Assembly (NCBI GenBank): GCA_951406725.2
Contig: OX597823.1
Location: forward strand, 108,872,001 to 108,936,000
DNA from: Octopus vulgaris
Taxonomy: Eukaryota
Direction of reading: 5' to 3'
DNA length: 64,000 nucleotides
Positions 52,138 through 64,000 of this stretch are shown piece after piece (position 1 is the stretch's first letter; every line of letters begins with the position of its first letter). The notes beneath the pieces were generated by a model that was not told the origin of the DNA, searched no databases, and saw nothing but the letters and a program-made list of their open reading frames with translations. A program made the position numbers and the translations under genes.

Positions 52138-52651
52138 ATTTATCTCAATGTCACTTCACTTTAGCCGAGTGTTACCTCACTTCCCATAAAATTTCTTCAG
52201 CTTAACCCTAATCTATAATAATAAACAAACCAATGACAAAATCTTCACGAGAGTAGCTTGACCTGCAACAAATAGCAACCAAATGTCCTTTAAATCATAT
52301 TCTTATATCTTGAAATAGGAATAGATATATTGGATAATATAGGCGAATATGCACAATGCTTTTAAAAGGCGGAATGGTAACAAATGGTAAAATTTTAATC
52401 CTAACTCTGCTCGATCAGAGCCGATATGTGGGTTACACAATATAGCATAATATTCAGTTTTTGCTTTTCTTCCCAATGGAAAGAAGTGTCACAAGAAGAG
52501 AACCATTTCTGAAGAGCCGTTTTATCAGATGACTGTTTTATTTTTTTTACCCTGATAAACCATACTGGATAGAAACGCTATTTTCCAAACAATGAAATTC
52601 TCAAGTTTAAAGCAAATTACAGTCTCATATTTCACTGTTCAGTATAATATA

Positions 52652-52691
<40 letters not shown>

Positions 52692-52727
52692 CACATACAT
52701 ACACATACATATGTATATATGTGTATG

Positions 52728-52803
<76 letters not shown>

Positions 52804-52829
52804 TATATATATATACATACATATATACG

Positions 52830-52879
<50 letters not shown>

Positions 52880-53615
52880 AAATCAATTACACGTGCATAA
52901 CATGGCATACATGATGTAGAAGTTTGTTTTATAGCCTTGTAGGTCTGGGTTAAAAAAAAACCTGTAGATATTCTTTTGTAAATATGAATAGTTTTCTGCA
53001 TTTTTCAGTTTGCATAGAAACTATCAGAAGTCTCTTTCAGGCCTGTTATCGTTTACTGCTCTGTTGTCCGATACAAGTATATCTTAGCAATTCATTTAAC
53101 GACGTAAAAATTGAGTTCTGTTCCTTTACATGTATTTAGATTCTAAATTTACATTTCAAATCAATGCACATCTTACGTCTTCACAACTCTTAGTTTCACT
53201 AAACCATAACAAGAAAAAAAAAAAGAAGATATCTGAAAGGCAATAAATGGAATAAGTTATTCTTGCTGTTCTTCTCTTTCGTGCAGATCAATCAGCCATA
53301 TAACGGTTCTTCCAGTTGTACGTATCGTTACAGTTGACTGGTTTTGTTATGTTTTGTTAAAATTAATAATAATTTGATTTCGAATAAAAAGCGCAAAATG
53401 TTATTTCAGAATGTAAGCAGAACTGTAGAGGTTCTCGTGTCATTTCATTATCTTACTATAACAGTGTGTGTCCGTCCTGAAAACACTTGCTGGTACTTTT
53501 TGAATACATTTTATAGCAGTAATTATTGTGGGTGTCGGCCGCCCTCATAAAAAAGCTAGGATCACGAACTGACCCTTATTGAAACTACTCACAGTTAATA
53601 TTCTAAGGGTATGTA

Positions 53616-53848
53616 CGAGGGAATGCTGAAAAGTTCCTGGATATAAGGGTATCAAGAAAGGGTGGAGCTGTTAATTTTACAGAGGAGGTAGGACAACTAT
53701 TTAGGAGAAGATATGCAAAAAGCATGAGGGAATACAATATATATTCTTTTTGGCAGATTTAACGCATGACGACAGCTTCTACAATGGAGTTTGGTAAAAC
53801 TGAAGCACAGGCAGTCATGAACTTATTATTATTATTATTATTATTATA

Positions 53849-53881
<33 letters not shown>

Positions 53882-54125
53882 GTTATTATTATTATTATTA
53901 TTGTTATTATTGTTATTGTAATAATAATAACAATTATTGTTATTATTGTTATTATTATTATTATTATTTTTATTATTATTATTGTTATTATTATTATTAT
54001 TGTTATTATTATTTTTATTATTGTTATTATTATTATTATTATTGTTATTATTATTATTATTATTGTTATTATTATTATTATTATTATTATTGTTATTATT
54101 GTTATTATTATTATTATTATTATTA

Positions 54126-54193
<68 letters not shown>

Positions 54194-54348
54194 GTTATTA
54201 TTATTATTATTATTGTTATTATTGTTATTATTGTTATTATTATTATTATTATTATTGTTATTATTGTTATTATTATTGTTATTATTGTTATTATTGTTAT
54301 TATTATTATTATTATTGTTATTATTATTATTATCATTATTATTATTGC

Positions 54349-54406
<58 letters not shown>

Positions 54407-55470
54407 GATTTTCAAGGCAAAACAGCAGCCGAAATTCATGGCGAAAAAAGAAGGAAGTCTTGAAGGATTGCTCCTCTTCAAATTCGAAATGGACAATCTG
54501 GGTGCCAATGATTCGGACTGGTCGTTTTGAGGTCTTAGATGAACCCCGGTCAGTACGGCTAACTTCCGCGTCTACATAGGACAAAGCCGGTTGTGCACGC
54601 CATGATTCTCGAGGATCGCCGAATTTCAGCTACAGTCATAGGTGAGACTCTGGGAATCTCCCGCGAAAGAGTTGGCCACAACATCCACAACATTCTGGAC
54701 GTGAGAAAACTTTCCGCGAAATGGGTGCCGAAATGCCGGAACGCAGATCGGAAGCGCATCAGAGTGACGATATCAAAGGCGATTTTGGACCTGTTTGCAG
54801 GAGGAGAGGCTGATTTTATGGCTCGTTTAGTCACCATGGAATTTGGCTTCGTGATCATGATCCCCAAACCAAACAGCAATCAATCAAGTGGGGCCACAAC
54901 GATTCATCGCGTCCCAAAAAATTTCGGACCCAGAAGTCAGCTCGAAAGATTCAAGCCTCAGTGTTCAAGGGCAAAGACGGAGTACTTCTCATAAAATACC
55001 AGCCAAAGAGTCACACCATCAACATAGAATACTACATGTCTCTGTTGAACATGCTACATGAGGCTTTGAAGCAGAAACGCTGTGGAAAGCTGAGTTGTGG
55101 TGTTCTGCTTTTGCAGGACAATGCACCAGCCCACACAGCACATGAAACTACGCGACTTTGGTTTCGAATTGGTAGAACATCCAGCTTACGCACCTGACTT
55201 GCCTACCTCCGACTATCACCTTTTTCCACAACTGAAGGGACATCTACAGGGAACGAAATTTTACTCCGATTCGGAAGTAATCGCTGCTACAGAGGCCTGG
55301 CGGGAGGCCCAACTTTCCGAGTTCTTTTTACAGGTTTTAGGAAAACTGAAGAACCACTGCAATAATTGTGTGAATCTGAGAGCGGAATATAGGTTGAATA
55401 AAAATCATACTTAACTGATCTTGCTGTATTTTCTTTTACCCAAAGGCAGAAATATTTCAGCACCCTCTCG
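53616..55470 (+). mobile_element. Near full-length decayed mariner (DD34D) element interrupted by a microsatellite
   Basis: TA|CGAGGGAATGCTGAAAAGTTCC and an inverted TATTTCAGCACCCTCTCG end. ATG at 53784 gives MEFGKTEAQAVMN; after the repeat come QGKTAAEIHGE, LEDRRISATVIGETLGISRERV, RKLSAKWVPK, RLVTM, LLLQDNAPAH and HPAYAPDLPTSDYHLFPQLK, with several frameshifts. Confidence 0.92.
53824..54406. repeat. About 580-bp (ATT/GTT)n microsatellite inside the mariner coding region
   Basis: Directly visible. Confidence 0.97.
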
Positions 55471-55692
55471 CATAAACGTCACTTAATCATACGACCATTT
55501 TTAGTTAATGTATAAATTCCTGTTATTTTCACTGAATTCGAACTACTTAATTATATTCAATGTTTGTTAACCTAGTTAATTTAACATGATCTCTCAGATG
55601 AAGTTATTTGCTTCTCTTTCTTTGTCAAACTTTCACAAATTGTTTTTTTATTCAATGGCCAATTATTGGTTTCAGATTTGGACAACAACTTC

Positions 55693-55982
55693 CGTGCTCA
55701 ACTGGTACTTATTTTTTTGTCCCCAAAAGGATAAAAGGCGAAGTCGACCTCGGACGAAATGCCTATTTCTTTACTAACCACAAGGGGCTAAACACAGAGG
55801 GGACAAACAGATTAAGTCGATTACATCGACCCCAGTGCGTAACTGGTGCTTAATTTATCGACCTCGAAAGGATGAAAGGCAAAGTCGACCTCGGCGGAAT
55901 TTGAACTCAGAACGTAACGGCTGACGAAATGCCGCTAATCATTTCTCCCAGCGTGCTAACGATTCTGCCACGGCGCCGCCTT
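55693..55982 (-). mobile_element. SINE family A, full unit plus a partial second unit
   Basis: The core is present twice (55693-55753 and 55820-55900); minus-strand junction GTAAAGAAATAGGCATTTCGTC. Confidence 0.85.
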
Positions 55983-56153
55983 CAATGTCCAGCATGTTGT
56001 AGGTGGTTTCTTAATTATTAATATGTTTCTGCGGTTTCTTCGATCGATTTTGTCTGGCTGAAAGTTCGCTTCGAAGAACGTAGTTTCATGCTCGATCTCA
56101 CAGCACAGTAACCTGAGTGAATATCATTTCTCATCACCTCGGATCAACCAATG

Positions 56154-56215
<62 letters not shown>

Positions 56216-56221
56216 TTACTG

Positions 56222-56302
<81 letters not shown>

Positions 56303-58300
56303 GTTCTTTCTTTACTGGCCACCATGGCCGAATACAAACATAGAGGACGATACACAAACAAGGGACAGTGAGATTAAACGTGTAAACAGCAAACAAACAC
56401 AACGATTCACAGAGAGATTATATTAACAATATGCTTCCTCAATAGGAGGGAGAAGGTGACAAAAGAAACCTCTCCCACTTTGGACCCCTTAACACTAATA
56501 GCCCCCCAGGAAGGCACCGTCTCTACTACCTTCCATCTGGCCTACAGGCGCACACTTAGAGCAGGCCTATTCACGCGGGCTAGTCTTGCCACATTCTCCC
56601 ATCTTTCAACGAACTTACTGGGTGACAGTAGCTCCCTCTCCAGTCTCACTTTCCCATTCAAGTGCAACCTGAAAAAGTTACTGCGGCCTTGGCCACAGAA
56701 GGTATCCGTCTTCAACTTTTTCAATCGCGTCCACCAAGCCGGATCCGTCATACACGTGACAATAGCTGTTAACAAAGCTCCACAAGTCAGCAATATGCGA
56801 ACACTGTACAAGGGTATGCAGAACAGTTTTATTGCTCCGCATGCATCTCAAACATGCCTGACTGACAGCACACCCGTGCCTGTAGACCTTATCTCGAACC
56901 GGCAGCGCCCCCTGGTAGCACTGCTAGGCCAGGGATTCCTGGAAATTATCCATAGTTCCGGGCCAAAAATGCTCAGGGAGAACCTGTTGATTCCCTATCG
57001 ACGCTCAGGACCTCTCCGAATACGTCGTCGCTCTTGCCCTCCACTAATCCCCTATAGAGCTCCAAGGTGGAACTTGGATCGCATTACCGACCGCATTTCT
57101 CGACTGGCTGTGGAATGTGAGCGTTTGGAGTCACTCTAGGTGCAAAGTGCCGTCTCAGTCTACGCCTGATCCATGACTGTAGGTCCGTCAATATGATGAG
57201 CTGCGGAAAAGTGCATTCAACAAACGGCGACCACACTTGCCCCATTAAGGTATCGCTGGAGATGTCGCAGCCTCAGCGCATGTCTGTGCATCCTCAGCCT
57301 CGGCATGCCCAGTCCTCCAAGCAACGAGTGCTGACTGAAAATATACCGTCTCACAAGCGATACCTGTCCCTTTCACAGGAAGCGGAAGAACAAACGCACC
57401 AGCCTGTTCAGCCACGAAGAGGGGCAGGGGACCACAGTCAGCCAGTTGCATATGAAGGACCGAATTTTCAGGGACAGCTTCCTCTCGGCCCATTTCTGGG
57501 TGAGACTGGCGATCCTGTCTATCACTTCACCCCAGTTATTGTCCACTTAGATATCCGGACCGAACCATACCCCTAGCAACTTAAGAGATCCTTCCGTTCA
57601 GAGCCCCACCACACTGTCAGTTGGAATGGGCCTGCTTCTCCAGGTGCCGAGCTGTAGGCCTGCTGACTTCTGGTTGATCATTACTCCTGTCACCGCTTCA
57701 TATTCCCTTAGTGAAGTGCGGCCATCTCGATTTTTGAGATGTCCGACACTATCACAGTGACGCCGTCAGCATACGTCAACACGAACCATCCGCATCCCAG
57801 TTCACGGGGGATGCTCCTCGAAAACTCCAGCTTCCGCAGTAACGCCTCGAGTACCAGTATGTAGAGACGGTGTGAGAATGGGCATCCTTGACTGACCGAA
57901 CGTGCGATACTAAACGATTCCGAGAGGTGGCCATTTACTTTGTCCACCGAACAGATGTCGCTGCAGATTGCAGCGATCCAGCTTCTGGAAACAGGACCGA
58001 AATCAGCCGTCCTGAGGACAGCCTCCAAGTACAGATGGTCGACCCTATCAAAAGTTTTCAATTGATCAAAATGGATCAGGGACCTACCCATGCCAGGTTC
58101 TTTACCAACCCTCTCTATGATGTATTGCGTGAGATAGAGGTTGTCGTGTATAGTTCTGCTGGTAATAGCGCAAGTCTGCGCACCACCCACCAGTCGGTCA
58201 ACGACAAGCGCCAGCCTCTTTGCTAACATCTTGGCCAAAATTATATAATCTGTATTTAGCAGAGTTATGGCCTAAAGTTATCAACAATGTCCCCCTTGTT
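56303..58300 (-). mobile_element. 5'-truncated decayed Tx1-clade (L1 group) LINE: RT, C-terminal zinc-binding region and 3' UTR
   Basis: DNFRP..AKMLAKRLALVVDRLVGGAQTCAITSRTIHDNL..DQLKTFDRVDHLYL..VNGHLSESFSIARSVSQGCPFS..YADGVTV; a Cys/His remnant near 56800-56860; end of ORF at 56542; the 3' end GGCCAGTAAAGAAAGAAC abuts (TAT)n. Confidence 0.88.
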
Positions 58301-60341
58301 CGGATCCAGGAAATCCAGTCTGAACCTGTCTGCAAGCTGGAAACGACTGAGCAGGTTTGTGAGCGTTCCAATCGCCCACTAACACTAAAGGGAGAGACGT
58401 TTGCTCTGTTATCAGCAAATGATCATGTCTCTATTTTGAAGATAACGCTCTTTTCTCCATCCACCAGTCATGAGGTCTCTGAAAATTGTCACGGACGGTA
58501 CTATTCCTCCTTTAATAAGACGTTGAATAAGGTTTTTGTAAAATTCTAAGAACTCGCACTTAATTGTCATTCTTGTTGCAGAAATTTGATGAGGAAAATA
58601 TCTACTGAATTTAAAGATAATTTTGGCAGCAAGCATGATCGTGTATACAAATTGAGGTGAGGGAATCCCATCGGATGGATTGAACAAAATGAATTATGGT
58701 ATATATTTCCTTTTGCCTCACCGGTCCAAAATTGGCTCCAACCAATGTAAATGACTCATAAAAATAAATATGTTTTAGGTAATTCTTTCAGAAGTTGTCT
58801 TCCTTAATATTTCAATCATAATAGGCGTAAAAAGTAAGTAAAATTTTAATTTTACTCCTTTTGCGATAGCCCTTCTGGAAACATGAATTCTGAATTTACT
58901 GATACTTGGACGGTTTGACATAGAATCTAAGCCATAAAATACCAAAAAGCAATAGTACATCAGACTCAATGGTAACAAATCAGTGGAATAATAGAAAATA
59001 TATGGCCCAAATCAATGGAACCATTATTTCGTTTTCTATCTAATGACTAAGAAACCATGTTCATAATTCCAACATTTCTTTATACATATTGACACAAGTT
59101 AAGTGAATTAGCTGGTGAATTCTTTTGATCTTTCAAATCTCCTGCTCTGACACTGTTACCTTGATTTTCATCATCAGATTCAGTCCGCTTTACCTTTACT
59201 CTGGTTACTGTTAACAATATATGTTCACTGTATTGAATTGTTATCTATCATTTTTGCAGACTGACTTATCTAAATTGTATCCGTTTCGATAATCTCTTAC
59301 TAGCTCGGAAACAGATCCATCCCCTTCATTTATAATAAGAATTAATATGGTCAGTGTCTTTCTCTCTTCACCATATTTATTACCATCAAATACAGTTGTT
59401 GGAAATAGCAAAATGAAAAGCATGGAGGAATAAAGTACCTCCTTTCCTCTTTTCTCTGTCTTTCTCTCTCACTCTCTCCTCGTCTCTCTCTCCCTCTTTC
59501 ATTCTCACCATCATGGTCTCCGTCTCCATATTTCTATATCCTAATGATTTATATTTACATTCATATGATGGTATACATACTACAATAGCAACACCTATAT
59601 ATAGAGTATATATTTTCTCTCTGTCTCTATCACTTTCTCTGTATACGTGCAGAATCTCTTTCTCTCTATACATACATGTATAACGCACATAAACACTCAC
59701 TTATACACTCACGTTCATGCACAACAACAAGAAGGACACCAGATACATTGACATCTGATTTAAAATAAAATATGACACATGGCTCCAACAATAATAATTA
59801 GTTTTATCATTGGATCCATCCACGATCTCCTAACATAGATTACTTGATCAAATGGAATAATATAGAAAATGAAAAGTTCCAGTGTTGTCAAAGGAGACAG
59901 GACTATAGTTGATGCAGCTATTATCTTATGATGTGGATTTTCTCCAGGATAACACTCCTGACGGCACTAGAAATTATCAGGAACAATGACGTTAGAGAAA
60001 GAAGATACTCTAAATATCTTGTGGCGATAGTAAGAAGTGCTAAATTACGATGCAATCATGGCTGTGTAACGAAAGTTGTTCGTTTAACTGCACCGAGATC
60101 TATCGTGGAAGGGGTATTGCTAAATGGCTAAGAAGTTCACTCCGAAACCACTACCTCTCCTGTTCGATTCCACAGCATGGTATTTTGAGGGTCTTTTATC
60201 GTTTCGAGTTCAATCAAAGACTTGTGAGTGAAATTAAATAGATGTAAGCTATTCTGAGATGGTTTCTGTCTGTAATTCAAAGGTATAGCTTTGTCACGTA
60301 GATTCTGTTTGAGAATTATGCAAAGTGCGACGTTGATTAAA

Positions 60342-60707
60342 TCTCTCTATATATAAACGGCAAAATGTGTGTGTGTGTGTATCCTTTATACAAATCCACA
60401 ATTTTTCAGTTAGAGGGCTCGCACTTTCTATGGTTATTCAAAACCGTCCAAGGGTGGTCGTGCACATCTTTACATTTCCCCAGCCCCCCACAAAGCCATT
60501 AAAAAAATCAATAGCAGTGACATTTTTGTGAATTTTCTATCCAAAACCCAATCAAAATGCCAGAAACATGATACGCCAATTGAAAGCTTGCTAGCTGTAT
60601 GTGATTGGTCGGAGATTTGGACAGTACTCGCGTATATGTGCTCACGCACGCAGCTGTATATGCATGCAATAGCACTATGACCCGGTGTTGCTGGGTCATA
60701 GTGCTAC
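60342..60707 (+). mobile_element. Non-autonomous Helitron-like insertion in a decayed SINE
   Basis: A|TCTCTCTATATATAAA plus GT microsatellite at the 5' end; 3' hairpin and GCTAC|T end (CTAG variant). The flanks join into a family C-like sequence. Confidence 0.65.
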
Positions 60708-61724
60708 TGAGTAAACAATTCAGTTGTTCGAACAACTGAACCCTCCTCATCAAACGTGACGGAGATCCATTTACTTATTGACTCCTAATTATATCTTCTT
60801 GTATCTTTATATCTTTGTTAAATGCGTTCTATTCTATCCTGACTTCGACGTGACCAATGCCTTGTCAGTGACATTTGATTGACAGTAATTATGTGGAAGC
60901 CCCTCAGATGGACTGTGCGTGCTCTTTGGTGACAGACATAACCTTTTCCCTGTTTATCACCATAACATGGTGGTTACATGTCTTTTGCGGTCTCAGCTAT
61001 ATTGCTAGCATTTGGATAAGGTCTCTGACTGAGAATATAAATATATTTCTCAATTTCTAGCACCAGATTTAAGAGTCCTCCCCAAAAGATCATGAAACAT
61101 ATTCTTCAGTCTCTGACTAAACCATAAAACCAAAAGAATAAAATTAATTGAATGATTTAACTCCCTGATTTCAGCAAGTGTGCTGTGACCCTCTGGTGCT
61201 GGCTTAGAGTCGATGCAATTAGTTCCACAACCTAGAGCAAATTCCAGTTTCGCCAAAACAGTTTACAAATGAAGACAAGCTAGTTAGGAATAACAAGCAT
61301 ACTCTATACATCAGTCATTCACAATTTATGAATTTCCTGGTGAATTGTAGTTAATTTGTCAGGAGATTAAGTATATCCCAAACAAACCATACAGATGACA
61401 ACTAGAGATACTGCAGTTGAAATGGCCCATACAGTATTAGCTAGTACAACACTATACAGATATACTCCAGTAGTTAGAGAAGGGAAACACTGAAGAAGCA
61501 AAATAAAGATGCTTCTGAATGTATTAGATTATGTGTAAGGTCCTTTAACTTATTTCATTTTTGTCATACAGGTATGAGAAAGTTCTCATCGACATCAGTG
61601 ACCTAGTGTCTTTCTAGAGACGAATTTATCGCTAAAGATAATCTACGCGAATATAAAAGCAAAGCAAAGTTGATGAAAATCCGAATTTGTGTCCGATCAG
61701 TGAACAAAAAAATCGAAAGACAGA

Positions 61725-61778
61725 ACTCGTAACCATGTGGTTCGTACGCAAGTTACTAACTACACAGCCACTCCTACG
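61725..61778 (-). mobile_element. SINE family B head fragment
   Basis: AACCATGTGGTTCG...TACACAGCCACTCCTACG. Confidence 0.7.
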
Positions 61779-61796
61779 TGTATATATATATATATG

Positions 61797-61879
<83 letters not shown>

Positions 61880-61889
<10 letters not shown>

Positions 61890-62584
61890 CTGAACTTGTG
61901 TGCCTGTGTGTGTATCTGTGTGTGTGTCTGTGTGTTTAACTTCCCGGCACATCTCCTCCTAGTCAACAAATCGTAGAACCACCAAAAATGGGTCACTTAA
62001 AGTTTAGGCGAATGAAAATTGAACTGCGCTAGTTCTGTTCCGAAATTCATCTCGCAAGCGCAAAAATCGATAATGTGTTTGTTTAGGCCTTATCCCATGC
62101 ATTGAATAGTGAACTTTACTCAGTCAGCTGTTTGACGTGAACTGTGTTCACCACGCGTGCAAGCATGCGTAAATTGCATGAAAAATAAAAAAATCAAGAT
62201 ATAAAAACGAATCGCGGTAAACATTGTAGAAATTCGGCAAAGAAATGAATTTTCGGGATGTAGCCTGGAGGGTTTTTTCGTATTAATCGTTTGGACTTTG
62301 TGAACACATACCAATTGTTTTCATAACATTTTTAACGCTTTGAATTAAATGTGACCATTTTGCGTTGAGTCTGCAGTTTGAATCACTTTAACCAAATTTT
62401 AGCAGGCCGGATTTTTGATCATCACGATACATCGCCAGCGACTCCCTGAAACTCTCCCCTGAAATCCCCGTTGAAAAATCTCTATATATAAAACTCAACT
62501 TGTGTGTCTGTGTGTGTATCTGTGTGTTTAACCTTTGGATCTACCAAGTTTCATTATTAAGGATGGAAAGTAGTGTGTAGCAAA
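61880..62584 (+). mobile_element. Two related Helitron-like 5' segments in tandem (about 61880 and 62479)
   Basis: TATATAACTGAACTTGTGTGCCTGTGTGTGTATCTGTG..TTTAAC and A|TCTCTATATATAAAACTCAACTTGTGTGTCTGTGTGTGTATCTGTGTGTTTAAC. Confidence 0.55.
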
Positions 62585-62973
62585 TCTATATATATAAAGC
62601 TGAAGTTGTCTGTGTGTGGCAGGTTTGGTAGCCTTCAACTAACACTATCTCCTCCGAGACTCTGCAGTGCAAGGTGACCAAAATTGAGAGTATGATAGAA
62701 GAAGGCTTGCTCTTTATTCTGTAGCAGATAAAATTCAAATCGGACCATGTTAACACGAAAAATTATTTACATCAAAAGGGTGCTTTTTTTTAATGAAAAT
62801 CCTTATTTTTTACGATTTTTGACTGCTGTGTCACCAATTTTCGGTGTATTTCAACTGCAAAAATGTTCACTTGAAGAGAATAACAAGTTGCATAATGCAA
62901 AATTTTTACTTTTCAAAAATTCCAATTCTAAAGGGTCGAAACAAACCCAAGCAACACCGGGTGATACTGCTAG
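62585..62973 (+). mobile_element. Non-autonomous Helitron
   Basis: A|TCTATATATATAAAGCTGAAGTTG 5' end; 3' ACCCAAGCAACACCGGGTGATACTGCTAG|T, nearly the same end as 44778-45175. Confidence 0.85.
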
Positions 62974-62975
62974 TA

Positions 62976-63030
<55 letters not shown>

Positions 63031-63061
63031 TTATATTTATTTATATGTATGTATATGTATG

Positions 63062-63134
<73 letters not shown>

Positions 63135-63135
63135 G

Positions 63136-63173
<38 letters not shown>

Positions 63174-63309
63174 TTTATATGTATGTATATGTATGTACTC
63201 GTATGTACGTATGTATAAAGACATACACAAAAATAAAGTTTTATATAGGTCGGTTAATACAAAGATAAAAATTTAAACTCAAAACGCCATATATATTTTA
63301 ATATTATTC

Positions 63310-63500
63310 TTTTCTGCTCTAGGCACAAGGCCTGAAATTTTGGGGGAGGTGGCCAGTCGATTAGATCAAGCCCAGTTCGCAACTGGTACTTAATTTATCG
63401 ATCCCGAATGAATTAAAGGCAAAGTCAACACGGCGGAATTTGAACTCAGAACATAAAGCATTTCGCCCGTCGTGCTAATGTTTCTGTCAGCTCGCCGTCT
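63310..63500 (-). mobile_element. SINE family A with the alternative tail
   Basis: Core and head (CAGCTCGCCG) of family A; tail AGGCACAAGGCCTGAAATTTTGGGGGAGG instead of the Tx1-like tail. Confidence 0.8.
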
Positions 63501-63749
63501 TCTATCTTAATATTAAATGGCAGAAGTCACAAAGAGATTCCAGGGCCAAGAGTTCCTGGCACCTGTGAGTGTCATTGATGAAGCCGTGGGTCCTTCAGCC
63601 ACTTTGTGCTTCGTGCCAATTAAAAATATGAAAAAAACGTAACAAAATATCTTAACTTTCACACCCAGATGATATGTACGTAAGTATAAAGGAACTGATA
63701 CCCATATGTACTAACGCAGACAAACGATTATAAATGCATACTCACACAC

Positions 63750-63844
<95 letters not shown>

Positions 63845-63891
63845 TATGTATGTATATGTATGTGTGTGTGTGTGAGTGTGTCTGTAATTTA

Positions 63892-63922
<31 letters not shown>

Positions 63923-63940
63923 TACATATATGTATATATA

Positions 63941-63980
<40 letters not shown>

Positions 63981-64000
63981 TATATATATATACTCATATA

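Noticed and set aside
56456-57576. 227-aa and 127-aa plus-strand ORFs
   Set aside because: Antisense shadows of the GC-rich Tx1 LINE coding sequence.

Overview
AT-rich, microsatellite-saturated eukaryotic DNA, intronic or intergenic. The repeat content looks like a coleoid cephalopod (Octopus-like); that is an inference. I find no supportable host exon, rRNA, intact tRNA gene or CRISPR array, and nearly all listed ORFs are translations of simple repeats. The window is a transposon graveyard. It holds four short interspersed (SINE) families, three with tRNA-like heads, four decayed Tc1/mariner-superfamily elements, several Helitrons (one keeps PIF1-helicase motifs) and fragments of CR1, RTE, Tx1 and R4/Dong LINEs. 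The strongest signal is a set of unrelated short fold-back (inverted-repeat) elements at 14001-14378, 19034-19609, 31693-31943 and 34662-35033. They carry minimal type I hammerhead-ribozyme motifs of the kind known from Penelope-like retroelements. They sit beside (TA)n or (TAA)n tracts, and three of them lie next to the same companion repeat. Two other notable signals: the main SINE shares its 3' tail with a Tx1-clade LINE found in the same window, and there is a consensus recursive-splice-site motif at about 41013.
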